From a virus (taxonomy: Duplodnaviria; Caudoviricetes), in the IMG/VR virus record IMGVR_UViG_3300009508_000005, positions 1 through 60,075 of that record: DNA of 60,075 nt, one strand, 5' to 3'. Positions 35,188 to 45,011 of the stretch are shown piece by piece. Below the pieces are notes generated by a model. That model was not told where the DNA came from and did no database searches. It saw only the letters and a list, made by a program, of their open reading frames with translations. Both the position numbers and the translations under genes were made by a program. Position 1 is the first letter of the stretch. Every line of letters begins with the position of its first letter.

Positions 35188-36404
35188 GTGAGTTTATCCA
35201 GCGGGAGAATTGGGCCAAGGGCATCAACAACCGGGACAACTCACTCGACGTGGCTGGCGGGTTCGTGCGCGACAGTGTGAACGTGGACCACTTGTCTAGT
35301 GGTGTGGTGGCCCTGCGGTCTGGGTTCCAGTCGGTGTACACCGGCACCAATGTTCGTGGGGCATTGGGCGTAGGTGACTATGTCCTGGTAGCTGACGGCG
35401 AGGATCTGGTGGCGTTCAACGCTGCTAGTGACTCCGCGACAGTGGTGGGTGCTATTGCCGGCGCCGGACTATTCGCAGGTGACGTGCTCAACGGCGAGCT
35501 GTTTTTCGCCACGGAGAACCAGTGCTTGCGATTTAAGCAGGGGGTTCTCCGCCGGTGGGGCGTGCCAACGGTTACTGCGCAGCCTGTCCCGTCACTTACC
35601 ACGGGTGGGCTGATGCCTGGAACGTACCAAGTGGCTATGACCTGGATGAACGACTTCGGGGAGGAAGGCGGTACCCGAGGTGGGGTGTCGATCACGGTAG
35701 CCGAAGGACAGGCCATCGAGGTAACACTGCCAGCTATGACGGGGTACACGCCGCGCTTGTATGTCAGTGCGGTGAACGGGGCGACCTTCTACCTGCAGGA
35801 CACTGGCGCCGGCAATAAGCGGGTCAACTCGGTGCGTGACGACTTGGAACGCCTAGAGACTATGCACCTACGTGAGCCTGTCCCTAGCGCGCAGATTGTC
35901 ACGCAGGGCAGCATGATGCTCATGGTAGACGGATCGGTGCTGTGGAACACCATGCCGATGGCACCTCACTTGCGGCAGCCTATGCGTGGGTTCGCGCAGT
36001 TCGCGGAGCCTATTGGGTTCGTGGGTAGTGTCGATGACGGCGCGTTCGTCAGCGCAGACCGTACGTTCTTCCTGCGCGGGGTGGAGTCTGACGAGCCCCA
36101 GCTGGTGGAAGTACAACCTACTGCGGGGGTGCCGGGAACACTAACCAAGGTGCCCACCACCGACGGGAAAAGCAGCTCCCGTGTTGCGTGGATGACCAAG
36201 GATGGACTAGCGATTGGGTCCACCGGTGGCGCAGTTGAATTGGTAAGTCAAGCTAATTTCGCTCCGCAGTTGGCTGCCACAGGAAGCTCAGGTATAGTTG
36301 TGCACAATGGAAACCAGCAGGCTGTGACAGTTATGCGTGGTGGCAAAGGGTCGAACCCACTGGCGGCGTCTGACTCATACGAAGCGGAGATAGTACCGAC
36401 ATGA
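35184..36404 (+). CDS. Tail protein (nozzle / tubular protein B-like)
   Basis: W.KGINNR, RD.VNVD, LRSG; beta-rich; start MSEFIQRE. Confidence 0.65.
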   Translation: MSEFIQRENWAKGINNRDNSLDVAGGFVRDSVNVDHLSSGVVALRSGFQSVYTGTNVRGALGVGDYVLVADGEDLVAFNAASDSATVVGAIAGAGLFAGDVLNGELFFATENQCLRFKQGVLRRWGVPTVTAQPVPSLTTGGLMPGTYQVAMTWMNDFGEEGGTRGGVSITVAEGQAIEVTLPAMTGYTPRLYVSAVNGATFYLQDTGAGNKRVNSVRDDLERLETMHLREPVPSAQIVTQGSMMLMVDGSVLWNTMPMAPHLRQPMRGFAQFAEPIGFVGSVDDGAFVSADRTFFLRGVESDEPQLVEVQPTAGVPGTLTKVPTTDGKSSSRVAWMTKDGLAIGSTGGAVELVSQANFAPQLAATGSSGIVVHNGNQQAVTVMRGGKGSNPLAASDSYEAEIVPT

Positions 36405-36925
36405 ATGCACACGACGTCCAAGGCAATAGCGGCCGGTTAGGTTTCGTATGGCAGGGGGAGATTACACTGCCCTCTGGCATCATCCTCCCAGCGGGGCCGC
36501 CCGTTAAGAATATCATCCCGCAGGTGGGTATCAACCACTTGGTGGGGCTGCTGCGTGGTACCACGTCAGTCATATCGAACTGGTATGTAGGCGTGGGTGA
36601 GGGCGACTTTGTTCCCACGTCGGCAACCGATTCGTCCGTACTGCAGAGCAGCGTGCAGGAGTCCACTGCGTACAGTGAGTCTACCCGCCCTCTATGGAAC
36701 AACACGTTCGACGGTACCTCGATCATCACCAACTTGGCGAACCGAGCGGAGTTCAGCTTCACGTCAGCCAAGCGTCTGTACACTGGGTTCCTTGCCGCAT
36801 CGTCCACTAAGGGCGGCGCATCCAGTACCCTACTGTCGATAGCGCGGTTCACCAGTCCGTACGACGTACCAGCGGGCAGTACTTTCCGACTGGCTGTGTC
36901 CCTGACTCTGTTGCCGGAGGTCTGA
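36401..36925 (+). CDS. Putative tail structural protein
   Basis: KNIIPQVG, WYVG, ESTAY...RP; in tail module. Confidence 0.6.
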   Translation: MNAHDVQGNSGRLGFVWQGEITLPSGIILPAGPPVKNIIPQVGINHLVGLLRGTTSVISNWYVGVGEGDFVPTSATDSSVLQSSVQESTAYSESTRPLWNNTFDGTSIITNLANRAEFSFTSAKRLYTGFLAASSTKGGASSTLLSIARFTSPYDVPAGSTFRLAVSLTLLPEV

Positions 36926-36927
36926 TC

Positions 36928-37323
36928 ATGGGGATGACAGCGTACGCTACCCTGCAGACCTTGCAGTATCGCCTAACAGCGGAGACAGTCGACGCCCGCC
37001 CTACTGGGTGGGAAGTTAGCCTGCACTCCGGGGCTCCAGGTACCGACGGCACAGCGAACGAGATCACCGACGCTAACTACGTGCGTCAGTCCATCGGATT
37101 CGACGTGGATGTGACCAACCCGGCGCTGCCTTTTTTGGCAAACGACGCGCTTATTACTTTTCCTGCTGCTGACGCGGCGTTCAATGTGACCCATGCGGTC
37201 GTGTGGAGCACTGATGGCGGAGACCCAGAGGTCAGCCAGCGTCTGCAGGTAGACAAATCAATTGCCATAGGTGAGGCCGCGACCTTTGCCGTGGGTGAGT
37301 TCACCGTTGGAGGTAACGCCTGA
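36928..37323 (+). CDS. Putative tail structural protein
   Basis: VSLH...PG..G.ANE....YVRQ..F, ITFP.A, THA..W. Confidence 0.65.
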   Translation: MGMTAYATLQTLQYRLTAETVDARPTGWEVSLHSGAPGTDGTANEITDANYVRQSIGFDVDVTNPALPFLANDALITFPAADAAFNVTHAVVWSTDGGDPEVSQRLQVDKSIAIGEAATFAVGEFTVGGNA

Positions 37324-37763
37324 TGAAACGCAGCACAGGACTACGCAACTACTTGCTAGCCACGGGGTCTTTCAAAGGCGCCATGGACGGTAAGATAATC
37401 AAGATGTTCGGTGGCACTATCCCAGACAGCGCAGACGCTGCAATTGGCGGCGCTACTCTGCTCGCTACGATCACCCTGAACAACGACGGCACCACGGGGC
37501 TTACCCTGGCGGCGTCTGCGGCTAGCGGCCAGATCACGAAGAACTCCAGCGAGGTGTGGGAGGGACTTATCGTCGCTACTGGCACTGCTACGTTCTTCCG
37601 CATGCAGACCGCAGCCGACGACAACGCGCTGTCCACCACCGCTGTTCGCGTCCAAGGTACGATTGGGCTGGCCAGCGCGGACATGCTGCTCAGTAACACC
37701 ACGCTGACCTCGGGCAACGTCCGTCGCATAAACTCGTTTGTAGCGTCCATCCCCGCAGGCTAA
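37323..37763 (+). CDS. Putative tail structural protein
   Basis: STGLRN, G..P.SADA, GTATFFR. Confidence 0.65.
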   Translation: MKRSTGLRNYLLATGSFKGAMDGKIIKMFGGTIPDSADAAIGGATLLATITLNNDGTTGLTLAASAASGQITKNSSEVWEGLIVATGTATFFRMQTAADDNALSTTAVRVQGTIGLASADMLLSNTTLTSGNVRRINSFVASIPAG

Positions 37764-37775
37764 GAGGGTCGTCTG

Positions 37776-39578
37776 ATGACCAACCGCCTAGTAAAGCTGG
37801 CGCGTAGCGAGTATGTACCAGCGGTGGAAGAGGTCATCGGGAACCCTGCGTACTGCACCACTACAGTGCGCACTGTCCCAGTCACCCGGCTGGTGTATGT
37901 GCAGTCTGGCCTGTCGCAAGCCGAAGCCCTGCAGTTCCTGCTAGACAACCCGGAGTACGAGGGTGTGTCCGTGGGGCAAGGGTCGTGGCAGCCCGTTACT
38001 ACCTATGAGCAGCGCACCATTGTTCAGTGCTACCCAGAGACCCTTCCGGTCGAGGGGCGCGACTCAACCACGAATTACAACAACCTGCCGGGGTGGAACG
38101 CCGGTGCCCGCTCCATAGCAGCCACGTCTGGGGATCTGCAGGCTACGTTCGACTTCCTCACCAGTGGCGTTGGTATGGTTTGCGGGCTGGCATCCCCAGG
38201 CGCGGACACCTCCGCCCTTGGCTCTGTGCAGCATGGACTGATGTTCACCGGTGACACCCTCGTTGTGGTGGAGCAAGGCACTATAGTTGCGGACAGCGGA
38301 ATCGAGCTGGACGTGGACACCGTGGTATCTGTCGTGCGCCTTGGCGACGTGATCACCTACTACGTGGACGACTGGTCCTTTGCTAGCACCGTGCCCTCCC
38401 AAGGGCCAGTGGTACTTATGGCTGTGCTGTACATCGCCGGTGACTACGTCGATAACCCGGTTATGACCCCGCTGGTGGCTATGTCAGCGCGCGCCCCGTG
38501 GGGCTGGAATGACGCATTTGAAGCGTCCGCAATGCGGGTATCTTCCTCTTGGGGTTGGGGTGGGTCAGCGGCACTGAACGACGGGTTCGTGGATATGCAG
38601 ATCCCCGTCGACATGGTGGCTAGCGACTACGACTTCGCCGTGGTGGATATGTCTCTCGATGGGATGACCTTGCGCTTGGAAGGAGGGTTCCCCGAGGTGT
38701 CGTCCTCCACCGTGGACATGCAGATCCCCCTGGTTATGATCTCCCAAGTAATCGACGTCGACATGGTGCAGGCGGACGTGGAGTTCCCTGTAGACATGAT
38801 CGCCGGCGACTACGACTTCGCCGTGGTGGATATGTCACTGGGCGGGTTGGACGGCCGCGCTGTGGTTAGCGACGACCCCGAGGGCACTGGCTCCGCAGCG
38901 GAGTTGCTGTTCGCCGTCGACGCGTACTCCAGCGACCCTGTTATCTACGCAGTACTAAACAGCACACTGCGCGCTGGATCCACACTGGACGTGCTGATCT
39001 CGATAGACGCTGCGCTGCAGGACTACTTGCTGCCCAGCGACGAGGCCAACGCCACCCAGGTGCTAACCGCTATTATCCAGTCGGGGATTCGCTGCAGTGA
39101 TAGCGCTAGTACTATTCGCGCCGCAGTACTGCAGTACGTGACCAATATTGTCACTGGCGCAGTCGGTCGGTACGACGGCTACGACTTCTCCGGTTTCTGC
39201 TCTACCTCCCGTGCCAGTTTCGGGTGGAAGCCAACGGGCCTGTTCAAACTAGGCGCGATGGGTGATGACGGGCTGCCTATCCAAGCGCTGGTGGACTTCG
39301 TGGCCGAGGACTTTGACACGCCCACTGTCAAGCGCCTGCGCGCTGTGTACTTCGGGATCCACACGGACGGCCAGTTGCTCGCCAAGATTACGGACGACCG
39401 TGGCGACGAGGTTATCTACCACGTGGAGCCGTTCGGTACCGAGTCCAGATTGCGTGCGCAGCAGGGGCGGTCCGCTCGCCACTGGCGTCTGCAGCTGCAG
39501 ATTATCGACGCAACCGAGGCGGACCTTGATAACATTGAGTGGGTGGCGGGATCTACTTCACGCCGCATGACGAGGTAA
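37776..39578 (+). CDS. Putative tail protein with internal VDM..DYDFAVVDMSL repeats
   Basis: 600 aa acidic beta-rich; GWNAGARS. Confidence 0.6.
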   Translation: MTNRLVKLARSEYVPAVEEVIGNPAYCTTTVRTVPVTRLVYVQSGLSQAEALQFLLDNPEYEGVSVGQGSWQPVTTYEQRTIVQCYPETLPVEGRDSTTNYNNLPGWNAGARSIAATSGDLQATFDFLTSGVGMVCGLASPGADTSALGSVQHGLMFTGDTLVVVEQGTIVADSGIELDVDTVVSVVRLGDVITYYVDDWSFASTVPSQGPVVLMAVLYIAGDYVDNPVMTPLVAMSARAPWGWNDAFEASAMRVSSSWGWGGSAALNDGFVDMQIPVDMVASDYDFAVVDMSLDGMTLRLEGGFPEVSSSTVDMQIPLVMISQVIDVDMVQADVEFPVDMIAGDYDFAVVDMSLGGLDGRAVVSDDPEGTGSAAELLFAVDAYSSDPVIYAVLNSTLRAGSTLDVLISIDAALQDYLLPSDEANATQVLTAIIQSGIRCSDSASTIRAAVLQYVTNIVTGAVGRYDGYDFSGFCSTSRASFGWKPTGLFKLGAMGDDGLPIQALVDFVAEDFDTPTVKRLRAVYFGIHTDGQLLAKITDDRGDEVIYHVEPFGTESRLRAQQGRSARHWRLQLQIIDATEADLDNIEWVAGSTSRRMTR

Positions 39579-39583
39579 CGACA

Positions 39584-40534
39584 GTGACTAACTACAGCGA
39601 CACTACGGGCCAGCTCTTCGACACCGTCACCACGGCGCTGGATCGTGCGTCGCTGAGTGCCGCGCGTATCGGGGGCAGTGCTAAGCCGTCCCTGAAAGAG
39701 ACAGGCTTCTCCCTCCAGATCCCGGACCTCAACATGGGGGAGCCGCCGAAGTTTAGCGACCTCTTGGACGGGTCCGATAGTGCGGGGGTGATAAACGCCG
39801 AGATCAATGACCAAGTGGATGAGTGGCTTGCGAAGTACTTCCCGTCCATTAACTCCGGGTTCCAGAACGTACCGGATGACTACCTGATCGGCGTTGTCAG
39901 TCAGACCAAACCGTACGGCGCGGACTCCACCGTTCTGGAGTTGGTATGGCAAAAGCAGCGCGACCGTGCGTACCGCACCTCGAACAGTGAGAAGCAGACG
40001 CTGTACTCGCGGTTCACATCTGCGGGATTCACTCTACCACCGGGCGCGCTGGTTGACGCCGTGGCTCAGTCGGAGCAGCGCGCTACTGACTCGATCCTGG
40101 ACGCAAACCGCGATGTGGCACTCAAGGACGCGGACATCAAGGTGGACATTCTCAAGCACGCAGTGGGTATCGCTGCCAGTTTGAAGCAGGGGATATTGAA
40201 CACCAGCGCTGAGTTCTTCCGCACTTACTATAAGGCGTACGACCTGGACGTGGATAAGATGCGTACCCGCGCCTCGGCCTACAACTCGTACTACCAAGCA
40301 CTGTCTACCTACTACGGGGTCGAAGTGTCCATGGAAGGTCTGCGTCTTCGCGCTGGTCAGACCACGGCGGAGGTGGACAACAACATCGACCGTAACCGCA
40401 TTAGTGTCTACGCCGAGGACGGCGCTGCCGGCGCTCACGCCCAAGCAAGCCGTGGCTTCGCAGACATTGCAGCCTCCGCCTCCACCGCAGCAGGCACGCT
40501 GGTGGCAGAGATCGAGACTGGCGGCTTAGCGTGA
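39584..40534 (+). CDS. Putative virion protein
   Basis: GTG start with GAGGT SD; F..AGFTLPPG motif. Confidence 0.6.
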   Translation: MTNYSDTTGQLFDTVTTALDRASLSAARIGGSAKPSLKETGFSLQIPDLNMGEPPKFSDLLDGSDSAGVINAEINDQVDEWLAKYFPSINSGFQNVPDDYLIGVVSQTKPYGADSTVLELVWQKQRDRAYRTSNSEKQTLYSRFTSAGFTLPPGALVDAVAQSEQRATDSILDANRDVALKDADIKVDILKHAVGIAASLKQGILNTSAEFFRTYYKAYDLDVDKMRTRASAYNSYYQALSTYYGVEVSMEGLRLRAGQTTAEVDNNIDRNRISVYAEDGAAGAHAQASRGFADIAASASTAAGTLVAEIETGGLA

Positions 40535-42318
40535 TCCGGCGCTCGCTGTCAGTTGGCGGGGTCCGCTGGCTGCGGCGGGCTCAGACCTTAGCAGGCATCA
40601 TCAAGGCCAAGGCGGGGGTCAAGCGGGAGGTTCAGGACGGGTATATCTTGGAGGGGCGCAAGAGTAATAACGTGCGTATCGCCACGGTGCTCGACCCACT
40701 CAGCCTGCTGTTCTTTGTCGGCCCTGGTCCGTTCGCCCCCACTGGTAGCTTTGACGGCGGGTACGGATCTACGGACACCCCCACTACTGAGATGGCCCGC
40801 GACAACCTGAACTGGTACTGGCATGTGGATCCACTGCCGCTGGCGGACACCCCATGTCGTAGGCTGTACACCGTGCGCCGTGCTAGTCTCCGGGCGCGCA
40901 GTGAGGCCGACGCTGATACCTCGGCAGAGTACAATGCGTTCCAGCACGGCTCCTTAGAATTCGATACTGGGTACCGCACCTACGGACTGTCCACAGCGAA
41001 AACGATCACGGTCGGTGGGTCGCAGCGCGTTGTGTACTACCGCACGGTTGCGAACCCCGTGTTCTACGCGTTTACGTTCAGCACCTACTACGGATACCCG
41101 AACGGGTCATTCAACGCGGAGGGTGGGTTCGTAACGTCAGATCCTGGTGGCGGAGCGTACGGCCTCGCCATGGACAGCGACTGGTTGGAGAACTACCTTG
41201 GCGACGGATCGCAGGTGGTGATGGATTGGCCCGAGGGGGGTACCAACCCCTACACCATCTGGACCAGTGACAGTGACGGTAGCCGGTTCCAAGCTCCGTG
41301 GATCTACGGATCACTGGTAAGCCATGGTAGTGGGCAGGCTGTGTGGCAGGTGTGCGGCCGCGTTACCCAGGCTCCAGGTGGAACCCGTGATTACTGGGGA
41401 TCTCGTAAGTTAGTCGCCCTGCGAGTAGTGGTAACTGACAACGGCGCCGACGTGTCGCCTACTGCGGTACCGGGCGCAGTTACTTACTACGACCCTGCGC
41501 TCAGCAGTGACCCTGCCCGCGTACCAGACCCTGACGACTCCCCGGATATGTGGCGCCGCAACTCGTTCTGCGCTCCGGCTATCGGTCCGCACGGCGCCAT
41601 GGTTATCGGCCAGACTGTACAGCAGGACGTTGGGTCGCTCGTGTCCCAGTACAGTGCCGTGCTGCTTACCACGTCAGGTGCGTTCGTGGAGCTCGACCTT
41701 ACCGCTGTGGATCCCCGTCGCAAGACTTGGTTCATTGGGGGCGACGAGGTCGATGGTATCGTGTACATGCTGAACCCCTACCTGCGCGATGGTGTCATGG
41801 CGGTGGTCGACGCATCGAACGGGTCCGTCATCGAGGTAGCTGTGCCAACGTGGAAGGCTCCGCTGGCTACTGAGTCCGCAGGTCGCTACTCCGAGGACCA
41901 CATGCGCAACCAAGTGACGTGGATCGGGGACAATCTGCTGGCGTTCCCCGTGGCTGACGCAACGGGACTCACGGTGGCGCTCGCTACTTACGACGTAATC
42001 ACCGGCGCTGTGGTGGTGTCCGCGCCCATGTTCTCCGACACACTCACTAATATGCGCGGTGGTGTATCCAAAGTGGGCGTTGTGCAGCGCCAGATTACGG
42101 CCGAGGACGACACCGTTACCCCCGCTGTCCTACTCGCTGGCTACAACAATGGCACGCTGGCGTCCAGGGTAGCTACCGGGCGCTCCTATATCAGTTACGA
42201 TTCTGGTGTAACATGGAGCCAGATCAGTTCTATCTACGGCCCGTCCAGGGCTATCGGCGTCGTCGGCAACGGGCTCTACTACCCCAAGCCGGGGCAGATG
42301 TGGAGACCGCAGGTGTGA
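40531..42318 (+). CDS. Putative tail/receptor-binding protein (beta-propeller-like; Asp-box S.D.G.TW)
   Basis: SYDSGVTW near C-terminus; aromatic/Gly-rich. Confidence 0.55.
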   Translation: MIRRSLSVGGVRWLRRAQTLAGIIKAKAGVKREVQDGYILEGRKSNNVRIATVLDPLSLLFFVGPGPFAPTGSFDGGYGSTDTPTTEMARDNLNWYWHVDPLPLADTPCRRLYTVRRASLRARSEADADTSAEYNAFQHGSLEFDTGYRTYGLSTAKTITVGGSQRVVYYRTVANPVFYAFTFSTYYGYPNGSFNAEGGFVTSDPGGGAYGLAMDSDWLENYLGDGSQVVMDWPEGGTNPYTIWTSDSDGSRFQAPWIYGSLVSHGSGQAVWQVCGRVTQAPGGTRDYWGSRKLVALRVVVTDNGADVSPTAVPGAVTYYDPALSSDPARVPDPDDSPDMWRRNSFCAPAIGPHGAMVIGQTVQQDVGSLVSQYSAVLLTTSGAFVELDLTAVDPRRKTWFIGGDEVDGIVYMLNPYLRDGVMAVVDASNGSVIEVAVPTWKAPLATESAGRYSEDHMRNQVTWIGDNLLAFPVADATGLTVALATYDVITGAVVVSAPMFSDTLTNMRGGVSKVGVVQRQITAEDDTVTPAVLLAGYNNGTLASRVATGRSYISYDSGVTWSQISSIYGPSRAIGVVGNGLYYPKPGQMWRPQV

Positions 42319-42848
42319 TCGACGTTCATGTTCTGACTCACAGCGGCACCAAGCCTGCGTGGCTGGAAAGATGTCTCCGCTCGCTTGCCCGCGAGGATGT
42401 TACCGTACACGTGGTCGCTGGGGTAGAAGGCAGCGTGGGCGCAGGGCGCGCGAAAGGATACGCGCTCGGCAGTTGTGAGTTCGTGAGCTACGTGGATTCA
42501 GACGACTACGTTATCCCCGGCGGTTACGCGCTGAGCTTGGAAGCGATGGCTACCCACAGAGCTGTCGTACCTCGGGAGTTCGTTGAGTACGGCGATGGCC
42601 GCAGGCACAGATTTACCAAGTCGGGGCACAACGGGGTAGTATATCGGCGCGCAGACATAGAACCGCTGATACCGGCGATGCATGCAGCACCTTACGCAGT
42701 AGACGTGTTGACGCGCAGACAGCTAAAGCCCGCGAAGCTCGAGCATATTGGTTACGTCTGGACAGTTCATAAAGGTGGCTGTCATTCACTGCTTTCACTA
42801 GAAACAATAATGCAGGAGGAAGCACAATGGCTTCTTACGGCCCGGTAA
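42315..42848 (+). CDS. Glycosyltransferase family 2 (GT-A)
   Basis: WLERCLRSL, GRAKGY.LG..EFVSYVDSDD (DxD). Confidence 0.8.
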   Translation: MIDVHVLTHSGTKPAWLERCLRSLAREDVTVHVVAGVEGSVGAGRAKGYALGSCEFVSYVDSDDYVIPGGYALSLEAMATHRAVVPREFVEYGDGRRHRFTKSGHNGVVYRRADIEPLIPAMHAAPYAVDVLTRRQLKPAKLEHIGYVWTVHKGGCHSLLSLETIMQEEAQWLLTAR

Positions 42849-43925
42849 TACTGCGGTTCTTCTCCTTCGACGAGAACACCTACAGCGTGGGTGAAGCAGC
42901 GGTGTTCACGCAGAGCGAAGCCTCGTATGGCGACCCGACTGCAATCTACACGAGTGTGTACCCACTCAACGAGGGCATCTTGTCCGTTCCCTTCGACTAC
43001 ACGGACACCGCCACGTCGATAAACATCCTCAACGATGACGTTCCGGACGGACTGGAATTCATCGACGTTGAGTTCATACCAGTTGTGGCGGGGGTGAGCT
43101 TCCCTATTGACCCACTGAACCCGCCGCCCGAGCTGACTATGGTACTCTCCAACTATTACGCTGGTGGTGTAGTACAGATCGGGGCGTACTCCGGCGGTGA
43201 GTTCTTTGCCATGGGTGAGCAGGAACTGACCATAGACGACAACTTCGGCCTGTACACCTTGTACCTGACCGCGCTGCCAGTGCCACAGGTAGCGTCGTTC
43301 TGGACCGGGTATGTAAACACTTACGAACTGGCTGACACGACTATCCCGCTGCCTCCGCCCCCGGATGTCGGGTAGTACTGGGTCGGGCAGGGCGGGTACT
43401 ACGCTGGTATCATCACGCAACCCGGTGGCGACCAGTACCATATTATTGTGGCAGACAAGGCGCTCGAAGCATCTGGCCTGTCATGGCGGTCTAATTTCGT
43501 TACCACCCCCGGCGCTTACAGCAACATTGACGGCCCAGCTAACACCGCTGCTCTGGTAGGGATCGCCGCGAGCACCCCGGCTGCTGACTACTGCGCCGGC
43601 CTGACTGTAGACGGACACAGCGATTTTTACCTTATGTCTGGGGCTGACTATGACGACAACGTAGATGGCGGCTGGGAATTCTGTGATGCGTACTTCCTGT
43701 GGCAGCAGCTTGCCCCCTCCCGGAACGTGGAGAACTTTAAGTCAGGCCAAGCGCAGGCGTTTAGCTCAAGTGAGTTCTACTGGTCAAGTACGGAGTCTAA
43801 AGACGGGGGGGGCGTACTACGGCTATGAGGCGCAAGTAACCCGCCTGTCAGACGGGGCTGTGAACATATCATTTGTCACCGGCACCTTTGATCTTGTGCG
43901 ACCTATACGCCGGGTGCCGGTGTAG
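42827..43925 (+). pseudogene. DUF1566/C-type-lectin-fold tail protein interrupted by in-frame TAG (43373-43375) and a frameshift in a G8 run (43805-43812)
   Basis: PPPPDVG*YWVGQGGYYAG continues in frame to DGPANT...YWSSTE; removing one G joins to ...VRPIRRVPV*, ~365 aa. Confidence 0.7.
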
Positions 43926-43940
43926 CCGGGTTTGCGGCCT

Positions 43941-44288
43941 CTAAGCACCGGTACGCACGTGCGCGTAGTCAGTGTAGCGGACGATCTGGCGAGTCTCCGC
44001 GTCTCGCTGCTTGGTCCACTTCTTGATCTCGCGCACGGTGTACACGGTGACTACCACGTCGTTGCGCACGATCAAGATAGCTCCGCCGGGGGTACGGTGG
44101 TACGTGCACTGGGGGTGCCACTCGCTGCCCTGTTTCTTAGCCAGGGTCAGGCGGCGCAAGCAGTTGACTATGGCCTTGCTGGGGCGACGCAGATCCTCCA
44201 GCTCCACCAGTGCATTCAGGTGAGGGCAGCGTTGGCGCCACCGGTTCATCGCATGATTAGAAAAGTTCATGGGCGGTAGTACCTCCAT
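43941..44288 (-). CDS. Hypothetical basic protein
   Basis: FSNHA..RW..R and VVVTV pattern resembling DUF4258/RelE-like small nucleases (weak). Confidence 0.5.
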   Translation of the reverse strand: MEVLPPMNFSNHAMNRWRQRCPHLNALVELEDLRRPSKAIVNCLRRLTLAKKQGSEWHPQCTYHRTPGGAILIVRNDVVVTVYTVREIKKWTKQRDAETRQIVRYTDYAHVRTGA

Positions 44289-44740
44289 AGGTTCTTTATT
44301 GGTTTGCCTTTGCTCCGCGCGTACACCACGCAGTTGCCTGTCCCACCGGCGGTACCATCATGCAGTGCCAGCACCGCAGACGTGTGGTCCACCATCCACT
44401 CGTTGCGCGTCTGCATCTTATGTGCGGCGTACCCGCCCTCACAGACGTAGACTATCTTGGACGCGTAGCTAAGGTACAGGCGGTACAGCTCTTGGCTGCG
44501 GGATGGCCAGTTACCCTCCTGCCCATGGAACGGCACAGCGGCGAGGAACGGAATGCCCAGGTCCATGCACGCTGCGGCCACTGCTTGGTCCCACCCCAGC
44601 GCCATACCGGTGACCACCCCGGTGGGGGCGATCTCCTTGAGGTGGGTGTACGCCAGCCGCTCCAGTGCTACCTGCACCGACCGATCGTATCCGCCGAGCT
44701 TGTCCGGGCGGTGCCCGGTGACGCAGATTATCTTACTCAC
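44267..44740 (-). CDS. SLOG superfamily protein (YspA/DUF1273-like)
   Basis: ICVTGHRP.KLGGY, TGMALGWDQ, MQ.RNEWMVD, GGT.NCV.YA. Confidence 0.85.
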   Translation of the reverse strand: MSKIICVTGHRPDKLGGYDRSVQVALERLAYTHLKEIAPTGVVTGMALGWDQAVAAACMDLGIPFLAAVPFHGQEGNWPSRSQELYRLYLSYASKIVYVCEGGYAAHKMQTRNEWMVDHTSAVLALHDGTAGGTGNCVVYARSKGKPIKNLWRYYRP

Positions 44741-45011
44741 TGGCGCGCTCCTGCCGGGATGCGGGGGCGCCCCCGCAGTGGCGGTAAACCCACTTACTTT
44801 TGCACCCAGGGCAGAGCAGCTTAACGGCCATCAGCGCTTCGTCCAGCAGCGCCTTAGTCTCGTCGCATTGCTGCTCAAGAGCCGCTATCCGCGCCTTGTC
44901 TGCTGCGCTCGCTGCCCCTTGCTTTGCTGCTGTCTCACATGGTCCGCACAAATAGCCAGCCACGCACCTCTCTCCGTGCCCTGTAGTCCGTCCGCAAGAT
45001 TTATCGCTCAT
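44733..45011 (-). CDS. Hypothetical Cys-rich/coiled-coil mosaic protein
   Basis: Two CxxC pairs flanking ADKARIAALE. Confidence 0.55.
   Translation of the reverse strand: MSDKSCGRTTGHGERCVAGYLCGPCETAAKQGAASAADKARIAALEQQCDETKALLDEALMAVKLLCPGCKSKWVYRHCGGAPASRQERASE

Noticed and set aside
43376-43925. Diversity-generating retroelement
   Set aside because: Target-like fold only; no reverse transcriptase or template repeat seen in the window
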